Source: Shigella phage Sf17. Taken from it: 64,000 nucleotides of DNA. The translations under genes were made by a program, and so were the position numbers. The stretch is from the sequence record MF327004; one strand, given 5' to 3'. Under the pieces are notes generated by a model that did not search any database, was not told the DNA's origin, and was given only the letters and a program-made list of their open reading frames with translations. Positions 42,609 to 51,584 of the stretch are shown here, one piece after another. How positions within the stretch are numbered: position 1 is the stretch's first letter; each line of letters starts with the position of its first letter.

Positions 42609-42862
42609 GCTATGATTTTTGGCCTAAATTTTGGTTATGGTTTCTTGGGATTGCATTAGTAATTCTGATAGGTTTTGCTGTGTATGACAGTTACCACACT
42701 AAGCTTTGGATGACTGCAAACCATTGTCAGCAAACGTCACAGAGTAGAAATTACCTATACTATATGACAGTCATATCAGGCAACACTACAATCATCGTCC
42801 CACAAATCGGGACAGAGTACCTGTATGTTTGTGATAACAACCAAACAATATGGTGGTATTGA
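42578..42862 (+). CDS. putative membrane protein
   Basis: 94 aa; hydrophobic segment FWLWFLGIALVILIGFAVY. Confidence 0.4.
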   Translation: MESVSRGHSMSYDFWPKFWLWFLGIALVILIGFAVYDSYHTKLWMTANHCQQTSQSRNYLYYMTVISGNTTIIVPQIGTEYLYVCDNNQTIWWY

Positions 42863-42963
42863 TGATGATTAAGACATTCTTGTTAGTCACCTTAGTAGGC
42901 TCTGTCTTACTAGGTTTCTTGTTAGGGCTTTTATACAACACATTGAAAGGAAAGAGAAATGAC
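42862..42963 (+). CDS. small hydrophobic peptide
   Basis: 33-codon ORF MMIKTFLLVTLVGSVLLGFLLGLLYNTLKGKRND, start overlaps previous stop (TGATG), stop overlaps next start; below ORF-track cutoff. Confidence 0.3.
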
Positions 42964-43351
42964 TAAATTAAATAAAAATCAAATGGACTGGCTTAAAGAC
43001 TATGCTTTAGAGTGTGGCTCTTGTGAGAAAACTCACAGAAAATACTCAGAGTTTTACATAGCATGTACTCTTTTAATAACTGACTCTGTTATTGATGACG
43101 CAAAGGATGATGACATTGAACTCCCTACGGAGTTGAGTGATAAAGTCTTAGTAGTAACTGGAACATGGTCAGATTCATATGGTACAGAAATTGGTGACAT
43201 GTCTTTCTACAGTATTCAGCAAACAATGAATCCAAAGTATGTTGCTTTGATGACTCGTGCTCAGGAAGATGAACTGCTTCAGGAATTTATTAAAGAGCAT
43301 TGTGAAGAGTACGTCACAAAACATGTAAGTTTTGAAGTTGAGGTGTGCTAA
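42959..43351 (+). CDS. hypothetical protein
   Basis: 130-aa ORF between membrane ORFs and nrdG. Confidence 0.4.
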   Translation: MTKLNKNQMDWLKDYALECGSCEKTHRKYSEFYIACTLLITDSVIDDAKDDDIELPTELSDKVLVVTGTWSDSYGTEIGDMSFYSIQQTMNPKYVALMTRAQEDELLQEFIKEHCEEYVTKHVSFEVEVC

Positions 43352-43836
43352 TGAACTACATGGAAATACGAAAATTCGATACAGCGAACGGTGAAGGTGC
43401 TCGTGTCAGTCTTTTTGTAGCTGGCTGCAAACATCACTGTGAAGGTTGTTTTAACAAGGAATCTTGGAAGTTTAATGCTGGTAAAGAGTTTACTTATGCA
43501 AACCTTTATGGCATTATGCAGATAATGAATGATGATGGAATCAGTGGTCTATCTATCCTTGGTGGAGAGCCACTTGATGATAGGAATGTTCAGACAGTAA
43601 CAAATATCTGTAAGCGGATTAAAACCGTATACCCAGACAAATCTATATGGTTATGGACAGGTTACCAGCTACATGAAAAAATCAACTTAGAAGTGATGAA
43701 ATATGTTGACGTGGTAATAGATGGTAAGTATGATGCTTCTAAACCGACACACAAACCGTATCGTGGGTCTGACAATCAAATACTTTGGAGAAAAGAATAT
43801 GGCTGGCAAGGCGACTGTCAATGGAGAGCAGAATAG
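43351..43836 (+). CDS. nrdG: anaerobic ribonucleotide reductase activating protein (radical SAM)
   Basis: CxxxCxxC cluster CKHHCEGC near N-terminus; about 160 aa; ATG 43351 (track start 43345 is GTG). Confidence 0.8.
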   Translation: MNYMEIRKFDTANGEGARVSLFVAGCKHHCEGCFNKESWKFNAGKEFTYANLYGIMQIMNDDGISGLSILGGEPLDDRNVQTVTNICKRIKTVYPDKSIWLWTGYQLHEKINLEVMKYVDVVIDGKYDASKPTHKPYRGSDNQILWRKEYGWQGDCQWRAE

Positions 43837-43861
43837 AGCGGGTTTTCGAAGAGGTGAGATT

Positions 43862-44119
43862 ATGACCATCTCTTGCAATAGCTCACTGTTTGGAGAGTAT
43901 AAGGTTAACCCTAACACTCTTGAAGATTGGCAGAAGTACACAAAGAGTCTTTTTGATACAACTGGATTAGACGCTTTAAAAAAGCTTGCAGAAGTTGAAG
44001 TTTTCAGAGTAAAATATAAGTCACACATGTCAAACTTCTACGCAACAAATATTGTTGAAGATGACAAAGTGGTTTCCGTAACAGAAGAAGAACTGAAACA
44101 GTTCTGTATTAAACTTTAA
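43862..44119 (+). CDS. hypothetical protein
   Basis: ATG 43862 after nrdG stop (track ORF 43721 overlaps nrdG); about 85 aa. Confidence 0.35.
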   Translation: MTISCNSSLFGEYKVNPNTLEDWQKYTKSLFDTTGLDALKKLAEVEVFRVKYKSHMSNFYATNIVEDDKVVSVTEEELKQFCIKL

Positions 44120-44134
44120 TAGAGAGATATTAAA

Positions 44135-44392
44135 ATGGGAATTTTTTCAAACATGAAAGCAGGTTTCTTAGCAGCTCTGGCAAAAGCAGCAGCTATCGTT
44201 TCAATGACTGGTAAGCAGGTTGGAGTAGACGCTTCAGCAGTTGCACAGGTTCTTGCAAGCCAGATTGAACAGCAACCTTACATCCATGTTGGACGTGGTA
44301 AAGGTGGCAAGAAGCAAGCTCATCGCCAAACTGGTGCAGCAGCAATTAAACGTGCAGCTAAAAAAGCTCGCAACCGCAAACGTAGCAAGTAA
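44135..44392 (+). CDS. small basic protein
   Basis: 85 aa; Ala-rich N-terminus, strongly basic C-terminus (KRAAKKARNRKRSK). Confidence 0.4.
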   Translation: MGIFSNMKAGFLAALAKAAAIVSMTGKQVGVDASAVAQVLASQIEQQPYIHVGRGKGGKKQAHRQTGAAAIKRAAKKARNRKRSK

Positions 44393-44403
44393 GGATTATT
44401 AAA

Positions 44404-44715
44404 ATGGAAAAGATTTATAACACTCGTAAAATTCAGATTTCTATCCTGTGCCAGTTTATGGCTGATAAACACAAATCCCACTATTGTGGTACAGGTTTCC
44501 TTACTTTAGGTGGTGGCTACATTAGCTTTAAAGAAGCTGTGAAGATGTACAACGAGCACCCTGAAGATGACAAAGAGTTGAAACAACTGAAGCTTACTTA
44601 TGACAAGAAGCATAAGAAAATTGTATGCTTGAACAACCTTATCAAGCCAACTGAAAACGTTTATGATGCAATTGGTGAGGAAGGTTTCTTAAAAGTCTTG
44701 AAAATAGCTCAGTAA
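44404..44715 (+). CDS. hypothetical protein
   Basis: 103-aa ORF followed by terminator. Confidence 0.4.
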   Translation: MEKIYNTRKIQISILCQFMADKHKSHYCGTGFLTLGGGYISFKEAVKMYNEHPEDDKELKQLKLTYDKKHKKIVCLNNLIKPTENVYDAIGEEGFLKVLKIAQ

Positions 44716-44728
44716 ACGTATATGATTA

Positions 44729-44756
44729 GGGAACTGTAAAAGGTTCCCTTTTTATT
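44729..44756 (+). terminator. rho-independent terminator
   Basis: GGGAAC - tgtaaaag - GTTCCC followed by TTTTTATTTT. Confidence 0.55.
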
Positions 44757-44767
44757 TTGGAGAAATC

Positions 44768-45283
44768 ATGTACCATTCAAATCTGAAACGTGCTGCTGCA
44801 ATGTCTGTTCTTCGTCTTGATTTTGATGAGCGTCAAGAGTTCATCGATTCACATCAGTATGACCCTTCAAATTCTAACCACATGGTACTTTGGAACCGTG
44901 GTAAGTTTCGTGATAGTGCCTTGTTCCAGTACTACCCTCACTATACTATTGACAACCTCTATGAATACTGTGTTGTCAAGAACACTATTGCAACTCTTAA
45001 TAAGCTTTGTAGATATTCTGGAAAGAAAGCTTTCACATTAGGCCACCATAAGCCCGTGACAAAAGGTGGAGAGCACCATTGCTCGAACTGGTTTATCCAG
45101 ACTCAAGAAGATAACCAGAAGCAGGGAGAGAAGCTTCCAGAAGCCCCTAAGATGACTTGGGAGGAACAGAAAGCATATCTTAAAAATAATATGCCACCAA
45201 TGCTTGACAGGGAATATGCAGTTCTGGCAATATCACTCTTGTTGAAGCTTGAGACAGTTTATGAGGCAACTTATCATGGCTAG
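44768..45283 (+). CDS. HNH-type endonuclease-like protein
   Basis: His/Cys-rich core GHHKPVTKGGEHHCSNW resembles HNH motif; free-standing gene. Confidence 0.4.
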   Translation: MYHSNLKRAAAMSVLRLDFDERQEFIDSHQYDPSNSNHMVLWNRGKFRDSALFQYYPHYTIDNLYEYCVVKNTIATLNKLCRYSGKKAFTLGHHKPVTKGGEHHCSNWFIQTQEDNQKQGEKLPEAPKMTWEEQKAYLKNNMPPMLDREYAVLAISLLLKLETVYEATYHG

Positions 45284-45554
45284 AGAACAATGGGATATCA
45301 AAGAGCTTATTAGCGAAGCTGGAAATGGTAGTGAGATGTATATGATACGTGGTCACGTCCCAGATGCACTTGCTATTGAGATGATAGACCACTACTCCAA
45401 CGGATTCTATAAAGAGTTTGGAGAGCCAAATATTGAACGTACTTGGACAAAACCAGTACCAGACGGAACAGGAAACTGTTCAGTTATCTACCACATTGTA
45501 GACCCAAAGAAATGTAAATCAGCTATGGCTGTAACATTTGTAACTTTTGACTGA
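45276..45554 (+). CDS. hypothetical protein
   Basis: ATG 45276 overlapping HNH stop; about 92 aa. Confidence 0.35.
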   Translation: MAREQWDIKELISEAGNGSEMYMIRGHVPDALAIEMIDHYSNGFYKEFGEPNIERTWTKPVPDGTGNCSVIYHIVDPKKCKSAMAVTFVTFD

Positions 45555-45564
45555 GAGAGATATT

Positions 45565-46446
45565 ATGAAAACTACTATTCGAGTTCTACTTAATTCAAAT
45601 TCCAAAGGTTCTCATCAAGAGACCTTCAACATTATCCAGTTCCCTTCTGGGGAGATTGGTGGTAACTTCTCAGAAGACTTAGTAGGCTTTGTTGAACATG
45701 CTGCTGGTAAGATTGAAAATGTTATCTTCACTGTACAAGGCTATGACAAAGACACACTCTTTGCATTGGCTATGGCTAAAGAGGCTATTGACCGTTTGAT
45801 TCCTCAGAAAGCAACCATGAAAACTGTTCTTTTTGGATTCTTACCAAATGCTCGCTATGACCGTCACATGTTTAAAGGTGATTCAGCAGCACTTAAAGTC
45901 TTTGCAAATCTTGTAAATGCTATGGGGTTTGATGCAGTATGTGCTCTGGATACTCACAGTAATGTAGCAGAGAACTTGTTTAAGTGCTTCTACAACATCC
46001 CTCAAAAAGAGGCAGCAGTCCACTTTGCAAGTGACCCACGTATTGATTACTTAGTGGCTCCAGATGCAGGTGCAGCTAAGAAGACTGAAGAGGCTGCTAA
46101 AGAGGTTGAGAAACCTTATATTACAATGGCGAAGGTACGAAACCTGAAAACTGGTGAAATCACTGGTATGCGCATCCTTGATGATGTAGACTTAACAGGT
46201 AAGACTGTTATGATTCTGGATGATATCTGTGATGGTGGTCGAACCTTTATCGAGGCTGCAAAGTATCTTCGTGAAGCTGGAGCAGAACGTGTAGAGCTTT
46301 ATGTTACTCATGGGATTTTCTCTAAAGGTGTTGAAAATCTCCTTGACAATGGTATCGACCATATCTACACTACAAACTCACTAGGGGATGAAAAAGACCG
46401 TGGTCTTTCCCACTTCTCACAAGTGACCGTAGCAAATATTGAATAA
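45565..46446 (+). CDS. prs: ribose-phosphate pyrophosphokinase (PRPP synthetase)
   Basis: Segment GKTVMILDDICDGGRTFIEAAKYL matches the PRPP-binding loop; ATG 45565 after GAGAGAGA (track start 45547 is TTG). Confidence 0.75.
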   Translation: MKTTIRVLLNSNSKGSHQETFNIIQFPSGEIGGNFSEDLVGFVEHAAGKIENVIFTVQGYDKDTLFALAMAKEAIDRLIPQKATMKTVLFGFLPNARYDRHMFKGDSAALKVFANLVNAMGFDAVCALDTHSNVAENLFKCFYNIPQKEAAVHFASDPRIDYLVAPDAGAAKKTEEAAKEVEKPYITMAKVRNLKTGEITGMRILDDVDLTGKTVMILDDICDGGRTFIEAAKYLREAGAERVELYVTHGIFSKGVENLLDNGIDHIYTTNSLGDEKDRGLSHFSQVTVANIE

Positions 46447-46454
46447 CAACTTTA

Positions 46455-46470
46455 GGGGCTGAAAAGCCCC
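46455..46470 (+). other. intercistronic hairpin GGGGCT-gaaa-AGCCCC
   Basis: Perfect 6-bp stem with GAAA loop between prs and NAMPT genes; identical to the hairpin inside the rIIB promoter spacer. Confidence 0.4.
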
Positions 46471-46490
46471 ACTTTGAGAGAGATAAAAAG

Positions 46491-48308
46491 ATGACTAAAT
46501 CAATCTATGCAGTACCAGCAGGTCTTAATGCAGATGCTTATAAAGCGGGTCATATCTATCAGTATCCAGATGCTACACAGTATCTTATGCTGAACTTAAC
46601 ACCTCGTGGAGATAAATGGTTTAACTCTCCGTTAGAGATTGATGGTGTTGTAGCTTTTGGTATTCAGCGTTTTGTAAAAGACTATCTGGTAGACCACTGG
46701 AATGCAACGTTCTTTGAACGTGATAAGAAAGAAGCCATTGACGAAATCTTGGAAATCATGAATGGTGTCCTTGGTGCAGATGCTATTGGTCGTCAACATT
46801 GGGAAGAACTTCATGACTTGGGTTACCTGCCTGTTGAAGTCTACTCTGTAGAGGAAGGTACAATTGTCCCTATGCGTGTCCCGATGATTGTCTTCAAAAA
46901 CACTGTAGAAGGATTCCATTGGGTAGCTGGTTATCTTGAAGATGCTTTCTCTGCTGAAATCTGGAAGGCTTGTACGATTGCAACTATTGCACTGCATTAC
47001 AAACGTATCTGTAAGCAATGGGCTGATAAGACCTGTGACAATGACTTCCATTTACCTTGGCAGTGTCATGACTTTGCAATGCGTGGTATGTCTGGCTTCA
47101 CAGATGATGCGTTTAACGCAGTAGGTCACCTGACAAGTTTTAAAGGTACTGACAGCTTCCCTGCTGTATATACAGCTAAACGTGCATATGGTCAGTTTAT
47201 GAATGTAGGTGAGATTGGTAACTCTGTCCCGGCTACTGAGCACTCTGTGATGTGTGCAAACATCTCATGGAACAGTCTTAACAAAGAGGTAAGTGATTGG
47301 CATCTATCGCATTCTGACAACTTACTTGATGCAATGCGTTGGCGTGGTGAGGTAGAAACTTTCCATCGCCTTCTGACAGAAGTTTACCCAACTGGTATTG
47401 CAAGTGCCGTATCAGATACTTACAACTTCTGGCGTACTGTTACACAGATTCTGCCAGAGCTACGTAATGTAATCCTGAATCGTGATGGTAAGTTGGTAAT
47501 CCGTCCAGACTCTGGAGACCCTGTTCACATTGTCACAGGTTACAAAGCCATTGAATGGGAAACTGCTAAGTCAATGTTCTATAAGCACATGAAAGAGCTT
47601 GCACCGAACAATACACATCTGCATGACACAATCTTGAATTGTGAAATGTCTGATATTGGCTTTGGGTTCTCTGCTTGGCTAATCTCTGAAGGTTATGAGA
47701 TGGTTGTTGATAAAGAAGATTTTGAATCTGCTGATACAATCAACCTTATTACTGCTCAGAAGACTGGACAGTTTACTGTGAAGCGTATGTTAACAGCAGA
47801 AATTGATGGAGCTATCCACACGCTGTATAACATCTTTGGTGGCACTGTTAACTCCAAAGGGTACAAAGTACTGGATGAGCACATTGGGCTAATCTACGGT
47901 GATTCTATCACTCTGGAAAGGGCTAATGAGATTCTGTCACGTCTTGCTGATAAAGGTTTTGCAAGTTCTAACGTAGTGTTTGGTGTAGGCTCATACACCT
48001 ATCAGTACCTGACTCGTGACACCTTTGCATTTGCTGTTAAAGCAACTCTTGCACAGATGGACGGTCAAGAAATTATGCTGGCTAAAGACCCTAAAACTGA
48101 CAGCGGTCTTAAGAAGTCTGCTTTTGGTGGAGTTGTCCCTATGTGGGATGGTGACAAGCTGGTAGCTGTAGATGGTTTTGGCTTTGCAGAGTTTGAAGGT
48201 GCAATTGACAACTGTCATAGTGCTTTGAAACTGGTATTTAGCAACTCGCAACCTTATGGTTACATTAACCTGCGTGATGTTCGAAATACTATTGACAAGC
48301 AACTTTAA
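46491..48308 (+). CDS. nadV: nicotinamide phosphoribosyltransferase (NAMPT/NadV)
   Basis: 605 aa; segments LVIRPDSGDP and IYGDSITLERANEI match the NAMPT active-site region; about 100-aa insertion relative to canonical length. Confidence 0.75.
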   Translation: MTKSIYAVPAGLNADAYKAGHIYQYPDATQYLMLNLTPRGDKWFNSPLEIDGVVAFGIQRFVKDYLVDHWNATFFERDKKEAIDEILEIMNGVLGADAIGRQHWEELHDLGYLPVEVYSVEEGTIVPMRVPMIVFKNTVEGFHWVAGYLEDAFSAEIWKACTIATIALHYKRICKQWADKTCDNDFHLPWQCHDFAMRGMSGFTDDAFNAVGHLTSFKGTDSFPAVYTAKRAYGQFMNVGEIGNSVPATEHSVMCANISWNSLNKEVSDWHLSHSDNLLDAMRWRGEVETFHRLLTEVYPTGIASAVSDTYNFWRTVTQILPELRNVILNRDGKLVIRPDSGDPVHIVTGYKAIEWETAKSMFYKHMKELAPNNTHLHDTILNCEMSDIGFGFSAWLISEGYEMVVDKEDFESADTINLITAQKTGQFTVKRMLTAEIDGAIHTLYNIFGGTVNSKGYKVLDEHIGLIYGDSITLERANEILSRLADKGFASSNVVFGVGSYTYQYLTRDTFAFAVKATLAQMDGQEIMLAKDPKTDSGLKKSAFGGVVPMWDGDKLVAVDGFGFAEFEGAIDNCHSALKLVFSNSQPYGYINLRDVRNTIDKQL

Positions 48309-48322
48309 AACAGTATGATAAG

Positions 48323-48344
48323 AGGCTCCTACGGGAGCCTTTTT
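48323..48344 (+). terminator. rho-independent terminator (UACG tetraloop)
   Basis: AGGCTCC-TACG-GGAGCCT followed by TTTTT. Confidence 0.6.
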
Positions 48345-48349
48345 AATTT

Positions 48350-48577
48350 GTGGAGAATGATATGAGATTTAACACGGATTTATTTTATACAGATAGCACT
48401 GGATTTTTTGGTGGATATTGTGTAGCATCTTGGCAATTATGGTTCTCAGAAGAGTACAGGGGTGATATGCAGGTTTTTGTAGAAGACTATAAGTTCCCTG
48501 CAAAACCTACTAAACGCCAGATTAGAAAGCTTCGCAGAGAGTTTCGTAAAACTTGCAAAGGGATTAACAGGCTATGA
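48350..48577 (+). CDS. hypothetical protein
   Basis: 75-aa ORF with GTG start after GGAGAATGA; basic C-terminus. Confidence 0.35.
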   Translation: MENDMRFNTDLFYTDSTGFFGGYCVASWQLWFSEEYRGDMQVFVEDYKFPAKPTKRQIRKLRREFRKTCKGINRL

Positions 48578-48909
48578 AAATTAAACAGATGAATGTTAAT
48601 TTAATCATTGAAGAACGTTGGGAAAACATCAATCGCCCTGAAGATGGTCATAAGTTTATCAATGAACTGTTTCAAGCAGCACAATCAGAGTTAGCTTCTG
48701 AGATTTATACAACGGTTACTTTGAAGGTCTATATCAAAGGTCTTCCACAGAACCATCAAGAAGCTCTTGATTTGTTTCAAGAAAGGTTTTACAATCCAAA
48801 CAAAAAGATACTTGAGAATAGTTTTGCAGTATCTTCGAGTATTGTTCATGACAGGAGTTTTGTCCTATTCAGAACTATAGGAGATAAGGTATGCAAGGTT
48901 ATTGGTTAG
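48574..48909 (+). CDS. hypothetical protein
   Basis: 111-aa ORF overlapping previous stop. Confidence 0.4.
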   Translation: MKIKQMNVNLIIEERWENINRPEDGHKFINELFQAAQSELASEIYTTVTLKVYIKGLPQNHQEALDLFQERFYNPNKKILENSFAVSSSIVHDRSFVLFRTIGDKVCKVIG

Positions 48910-49070
48910 AAATTGTTCTTTCACTCGGTTGTATAGTTGCTATTGCAGTGTTACTATGCAAGTACTTCTCAGAGACTGAACCTTGTGATGAATGTGAAGG
49001 TTCTGGGGTAGTTGGTATAGGGCATTGTTGCCCTTACTGTAATGGAACTGGAAAGAAATTTAAAAAGTAA
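48891..49070 (+). CDS. small membrane-anchored Cys-rich protein (zinc-ribbon-like)
   Basis: 59-codon ORF MQGYWLEIVLSLGCIVAIAVLLCKYF..CDECEGSG..CCPYCNGTG; below ORF-track cutoff. Confidence 0.3.
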   Translation: MQGYWLEIVLSLGCIVAIAVLLCKYFSETEPCDECEGSGVVGIGHCCPYCNGTGKKFKK

Positions 49071-49071
49071 C

Positions 49072-49099
49072 TTGACAGTGGCATCTATAAAATTATATA
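49072..49099 (+). promoter_or_regulatory. sigma70-type promoter TTGACA-16-TATATA upstream of rIIA
   Basis: Starts 2 nt after preceding stop; GTGGCA (49078-49083) / TGCCAC (49103-49108) inverted repeat overlaps it; AAGGAG SD precedes rIIA ATG. Confidence 0.5.
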
Positions 49100-49132
49100 G
49101 TTTGCCACATCGACAACTAAGGAGATATTCTT

Positions 49133-51505
49133 ATGCGCATGGTAAATGACCACGCAACGGTAATTAAAAGCTCAAGTACACTGGAAACCTCTCAGGCTCA
49201 GATTAAGATGACACCTGAAATGTTCAGTCTTCTAAGCTCAGGTGTTTACACATATAAAGAACGTGCTGTAATTCGTGAATTGTCATGTAACGCAGTAGAT
49301 GCTCACATTGATTCTGGTAACGTTGATAAACCTTTCTTGGTTCACTTACCAACTCGTTTCGAGCCATTCTTTGAAGTTCGTGACTTTGGTACAGGACTGA
49401 CTCATGATAAAGTTATGAAACTTTACATGACCTATGGAGAATCTACAAAGAACGATTCAAACGACTACATTGGTGCTATGGGTATCGGTTCAAAGTCCCC
49501 ATTTGCAATTGCTCAGTCATTCACTGTATCAAGCTATGTTGATGGTGTAGTTAACAAATACTCAGTTTACCTTGAGAATGGTATCCCTCAAGTAACTAAG
49601 TTGACTACTAACCCAACTACAGAGCCAAATGGTTTAGCTGTTCGAGTAGCGGTATCCGATAACCGTATCAACAAGTTTCATGAAGAAGCGAGCAATGTAT
49701 ACTCGTACTTTAAAGTTAAGCCAGAGTGTAATGTTGAGTACTATGACATTCTTGAAGCAATGACTTCCATTTCTCGTGAAGATGGTGTCTATGATGCAAT
49801 GAAGTACAAAGAGAACTGGCGTTCAAATAGTAACAGTGTCCATTTCAATGTAATCATGGGTAATATTGCTTATCCTGTTGAAATGGGTGAGTTGCTTGGT
49901 TCAGAGTTTACAAGCATTCTGCCTCAGTTCTTCCGTAGTGCTGTAGACCTTGTTAACATCTACATGCCAATTGGTTCAGTGGCTATTGCTGCATCTCGTG
50001 AAGCATTGCAGATGAATGAGACCACTAAGACCAAGATTGTTGAAGCTGTGAAGAAAATCACTAAGACAATCGTAGAAGATGTGGTAAAAGAGATTGCTAA
50101 CAAGCCAACTCTGATTGATGCTGCTCAAGCCTATGATACCATGAGGAAGGAGGCTCGTGAAATCTTTATTCACGTCCAAGATTCTCTGGAATGGCAAGGC
50201 CAGAACTTGAAAAAACTTGAACAAAAACTGTTAGGTATCCGTCGTGGTCAGTTAACTGAAGCAGATGGTTCTCCGTCATTCTTGAAAGATGATGCAGGTA
50301 ACTTGAGGCTTGACAAAGATGGTAATCCAGTTCCTAATATTGGTAATCTGTATGAACCTGTAGCATACTACAAGTACAGCAGTCTGGAGAACCGTATTCG
50401 AGCAACTTCAGCAACTTATTCACAAGATGCAGCAATGTTTAGTATCTTTGGTGCAATGAGTAAAGATAAGTTGAGCAACTATTTGTTCCTTATCAATGAC
50501 CGTCGAAACAAGAACGGGTCTGAGAAGACAACTGGTAAAAACCAGATTATCCGTGGAGCTTGCCGTGACCGTGAACAGGAAGACTCTAACTTCCGTCGCT
50601 ACAACGGTATTGCTTTCTTGTTCAGCAGTCAGCAGCAATTCGATGAGTTTGTAGATTTGCATATGCTTGACAAGAGTCTGTTAAGTGTGCATACAATGTC
50701 ATCTAAAGAGCACCACTATGAGAAACGTACTATTGTACGTGGTGTTGTAAAACTGTATAAAGCATTTATATGTCCAAATACTGACATGATTCGCTATACA
50801 GAGGTTAAAGAGAACTTTGATGAGATTGAAGAACCACAACTGTATATCAAAGCACAGAGTGATGAAGTGATTGGTGGAATCTTCTCATGTTCACCAGAAC
50901 GTGCTGCAACGTTGATGACAGAGTTAACTGGACAGTCAGTTTATGTCTTCCGTAAAGCCAACTGGAAAAAGATTCCTGAAGACTGGACAGAAGTCAATGA
51001 ACAAGTGATGAAAGATTTTATTGATAATACTCATTGGATTGAGTATCACCGTTACTTGACTCACCAATATATGACTAATAATCATGATATCACTGATTGT
51101 AATGTGATTTCTCGAAACTTTATGTTTGCTGATAAGCGTAAGTCCAGAGGCCACATTTACAGTAAAGACTTTAAGAAGACTATTTTCTTAGAGGGGAATG
51201 AAGAGGCTATAGAAGCAATGTTTGGACGCTTGGCATATACTGCTGCACCAGTTGCTTACAAAGATATTACCAGCACTCTTGATACCATTCGTAGGAATAT
51301 GAGAGGTTCTTGTAAGCCAAGAAAGGTTCTGGATAATGCTAAGAAGCGTCTTGAAAGCAAGTTCAAAGATTACTTTGAGAAACGCCGTAAAGAAAACTTC
51401 TTGCTTTCTAATCTGGATTGGAATAAAGTATCACCAGTCGAAGTTGGTAAGTTTTTAGGTTTTGACACTAAGAGCATTCCAGAAGATACTGTATGCTGGG
51501 ATTAA
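49133..51505 (+). CDS. rIIA: rIIA-like protein
   Basis: 790 aa; N-terminal GHKL-ATPase-like motifs RAVIRELSCNAVDAH, RDFGTGL, IGAMGIGSKSPF parallel T4 rIIA. Confidence 0.8.
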   Translation: MRMVNDHATVIKSSSTLETSQAQIKMTPEMFSLLSSGVYTYKERAVIRELSCNAVDAHIDSGNVDKPFLVHLPTRFEPFFEVRDFGTGLTHDKVMKLYMTYGESTKNDSNDYIGAMGIGSKSPFAIAQSFTVSSYVDGVVNKYSVYLENGIPQVTKLTTNPTTEPNGLAVRVAVSDNRINKFHEEASNVYSYFKVKPECNVEYYDILEAMTSISREDGVYDAMKYKENWRSNSNSVHFNVIMGNIAYPVEMGELLGSEFTSILPQFFRSAVDLVNIYMPIGSVAIAASREALQMNETTKTKIVEAVKKITKTIVEDVVKEIANKPTLIDAAQAYDTMRKEAREIFIHVQDSLEWQGQNLKKLEQKLLGIRRGQLTEADGSPSFLKDDAGNLRLDKDGNPVPNIGNLYEPVAYYKYSSLENRIRATSATYSQDAAMFSIFGAMSKDKLSNYLFLINDRRNKNGSEKTTGKNQIIRGACRDREQEDSNFRRYNGIAFLFSSQQQFDEFVDLHMLDKSLLSVHTMSSKEHHYEKRTIVRGVVKLYKAFICPNTDMIRYTEVKENFDEIEEPQLYIKAQSDEVIGGIFSCSPERAATLMTELTGQSVYVFRKANWKKIPEDWTEVNEQVMKDFIDNTHWIEYHRYLTHQYMTNNHDITDCNVISRNFMFADKRKSRGHIYSKDFKKTIFLEGNEEAIEAMFGRLAYTAAPVAYKDITSTLDTIRRNMRGSCKPRKVLDNAKKRLESKFKDYFEKRRKENFLLSNLDWNKVSPVEVGKFLGFDTKSIPEDTVCWD

Positions 51506-51512
51506 AAATAGT

Positions 51513-51541
51513 TTGACAGGGGCTGAAAAGCCCCTTAGAAT
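51513..51541 (+). promoter_or_regulatory. sigma70-type promoter TTGACA-17-TAGAAT with hairpin filling the spacer
   Basis: Spacer is GGGGCT-gaaa-AGCCCC-T; 44 nt upstream of rIIB ATG. Confidence 0.5.
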
Positions 51542-51584
51542 ACGAACCACTAAGTAATTTTAAACAACAAAGAGAGATATTGAA

